Origin: a virus
Lineage: Duplodnaviria; Heunggongvirae; Uroviricota; Caudoviricetes
DNA: 29,517 bases
IMG/VR virus record: IMGVR_UViG_2531839446_000026
Location: 1-29,517 of that record
Direction: 5' to 3' (one strand)
The translations under genes were made by a program, and so were the position numbers. This document shows positions 28,454 to 29,517 of the stretch, one piece after another; position 1 is the first letter of the stretch; each line of letters opens with the position of its first letter. The notes under the pieces were generated by a model, which saw nothing but the letters and a program-made list of their open reading frames with translations, was not told the origin of the DNA and ran no database searches.

Positions 28454-28686
28454 AATTATTTATTAAAGTCACATTTAAGACGTAATACCCTACAGGGTAA
28501 AAATTTTTTCTGATCTTAACTTCTGCAAATGTTAACTGCTATTTTTATGCTAAAAATGGTTATCAAAACTCAAAAACACATGTTTATAATCAATGAGTTA
28601 TAGAAATGCTAAGGGCTAATGAGTTATATGCAAATTAGTAAAATTATGTTGCTATGTCAAATAGTTACGATTTAGTCATCTAACTA

Positions 28687-28851
28687 ATGCTGCGCCATAT
28701 GGGTTGGACTGAAGCCGCAGACCTGATTGTTAAAGGTATGGAAGGCGCAATCAACGCGAAAACCGTAACCTATGACTTCGAACGTCTGATGGAAGGCGCT
28801 AAACTGCTGAAATGTTCAGAGTTTGGTGACGCGATCATCAAGAATATGTAA
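28687..28851 (+). pseudogene. icd: Displaced 3' fragment of isocitrate dehydrogenase gene (icd'), marking the prophage right attachment junction
   Basis: Translates to [54 protein letters not shown], the C-terminal ~54 residues of Icd, with no upstream coding continuity. Confidence 0.85.
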
Positions 28852-28874
28852 TTTCTGCATGCGTTAAAAACTGT

Positions 28875-28904
28875 AACGGGCGTATAACACGCCCGTTGTT
28901 TTTA
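28875..28904 (+). terminator. Rho-independent terminator downstream of the icd fragment
   Basis: aacgggcg (28875-28882) / cgcccgtt (28890-28897) stem with a 7-nt loop, followed by gttttta. Confidence 0.7.
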
Positions 28905-29112
28905 TAAATATGTTAACCGTTATAAAATAACGTATCAAAAGTCAAGTGAACACATTTCAAATATCAATTTGATCGTATTGGTCTGGTGATTATTTATGGG
29001 GGGCAATAAAAAGACAGTATTAATCATCCATAGGGATGGTCTCTGCACTTTTATTTCCATTATGCTAATGCCTTACTGAATTATGAAGCATTTCTTAAGC
29101 TCCCAACTTTAG

Positions 29113-29517
29113 CTAGATTAATGGTTTATTATTTTCTACATCTTCAATATATAAAAGCGTATTATCAATGGCGTAGTAACTGCGTTTGTTATAATTAACA
29201 TCAGTAACCCACCGGAAAACGCCAGCGCCTGCCAGTGTTGAACAGTATTCCCGAAATGTAGATTTTCCGCGAATATGAAGCAATGCGGCCTCTTTTATTT
29301 TAGCAGGGTTCTTGGTTGTACTAACTTTTAACAGGTTCCTGGTTCCTCTTAATAATAAAACCGTGTCATCGTGAGTAATAATTCTGATGTTATCCGTAGC
29401 CAGATAATAAATGTAATGTGCAATACGGTGATGTTTTAATTCTGAATAAAACCAGGAGAAGTTTTGCTCTTTTCTCACTTGCTCAAACATCTTTTGAAAA
29501 ACAACGACCTGATCCAT
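29113..29517 (-). CDS. DUF1398-family protein (YcgX/YdfO/YbcV-like), host-side flank; ATG falls on the last 3 bases of the window
   Basis: 134-aa AT-rich ORF; ..FWSLYSELKHH...HYIYYLATDN.......AGVFRWV.. pattern recalled for DUF1398 proteins. Confidence 0.6.
   Translation of the reverse strand: MDQVVVFQKMFEQVRKEQNFSWFYSELKHHRIAHYIYYLATDNIRIITHDDTVLLLRGTRNLLKVSTTKNPAKIKEAALLHIRGKSTFREYCSTLAGAGVFRWVTDVNYNKRSYYAIDNTLLYIEDVENNKPLI

Overview
This window is the late (right-hand) half of a temperate prophage integrated at the 3' end of icd (the E. coli e14-type site), plus about 0.8 kb of host flank. Left to right: the 3' part of an IS21-family (IS100-like) element (istA', istB); a DUF968 gene and a QuuD/phage-82-type antiterminator Q; an AT-rich, opposite-strand 2.4-kb cargo cassette in the Q-lysis locus; a lambda-like lysis cassette (S holin, R transglycosylase, overlapping Rz/Rz1); an AT-rich membrane-anchored moron; HNH endonuclease, P27-type small terminase (apparently frameshifted) and large terminase; HK97-type portal, protease, capsid and head-completion genes; a Mu-type contractile tail (sheath, tube, chaperone with a T-TTT-TTC -1 frameshift site, tape measure, baseplate); a Pin-type invertible tail-fibre segment; pin; mcrA; the displaced icd 3' fragment with its terminator; and a DUF1398 host-side gene. 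The most interesting feature is the cargo cassette: a YejK/NdpA-like (NA37) gene interrupted at an A9 tract, followed by a gene for a 2-TM protein. I propose it as a candidate uncharacterised phage-borne module, possibly defence or abortive infection. All protein-family calls rest on reading the translations against remembered family sequences and motifs; no database search was run.
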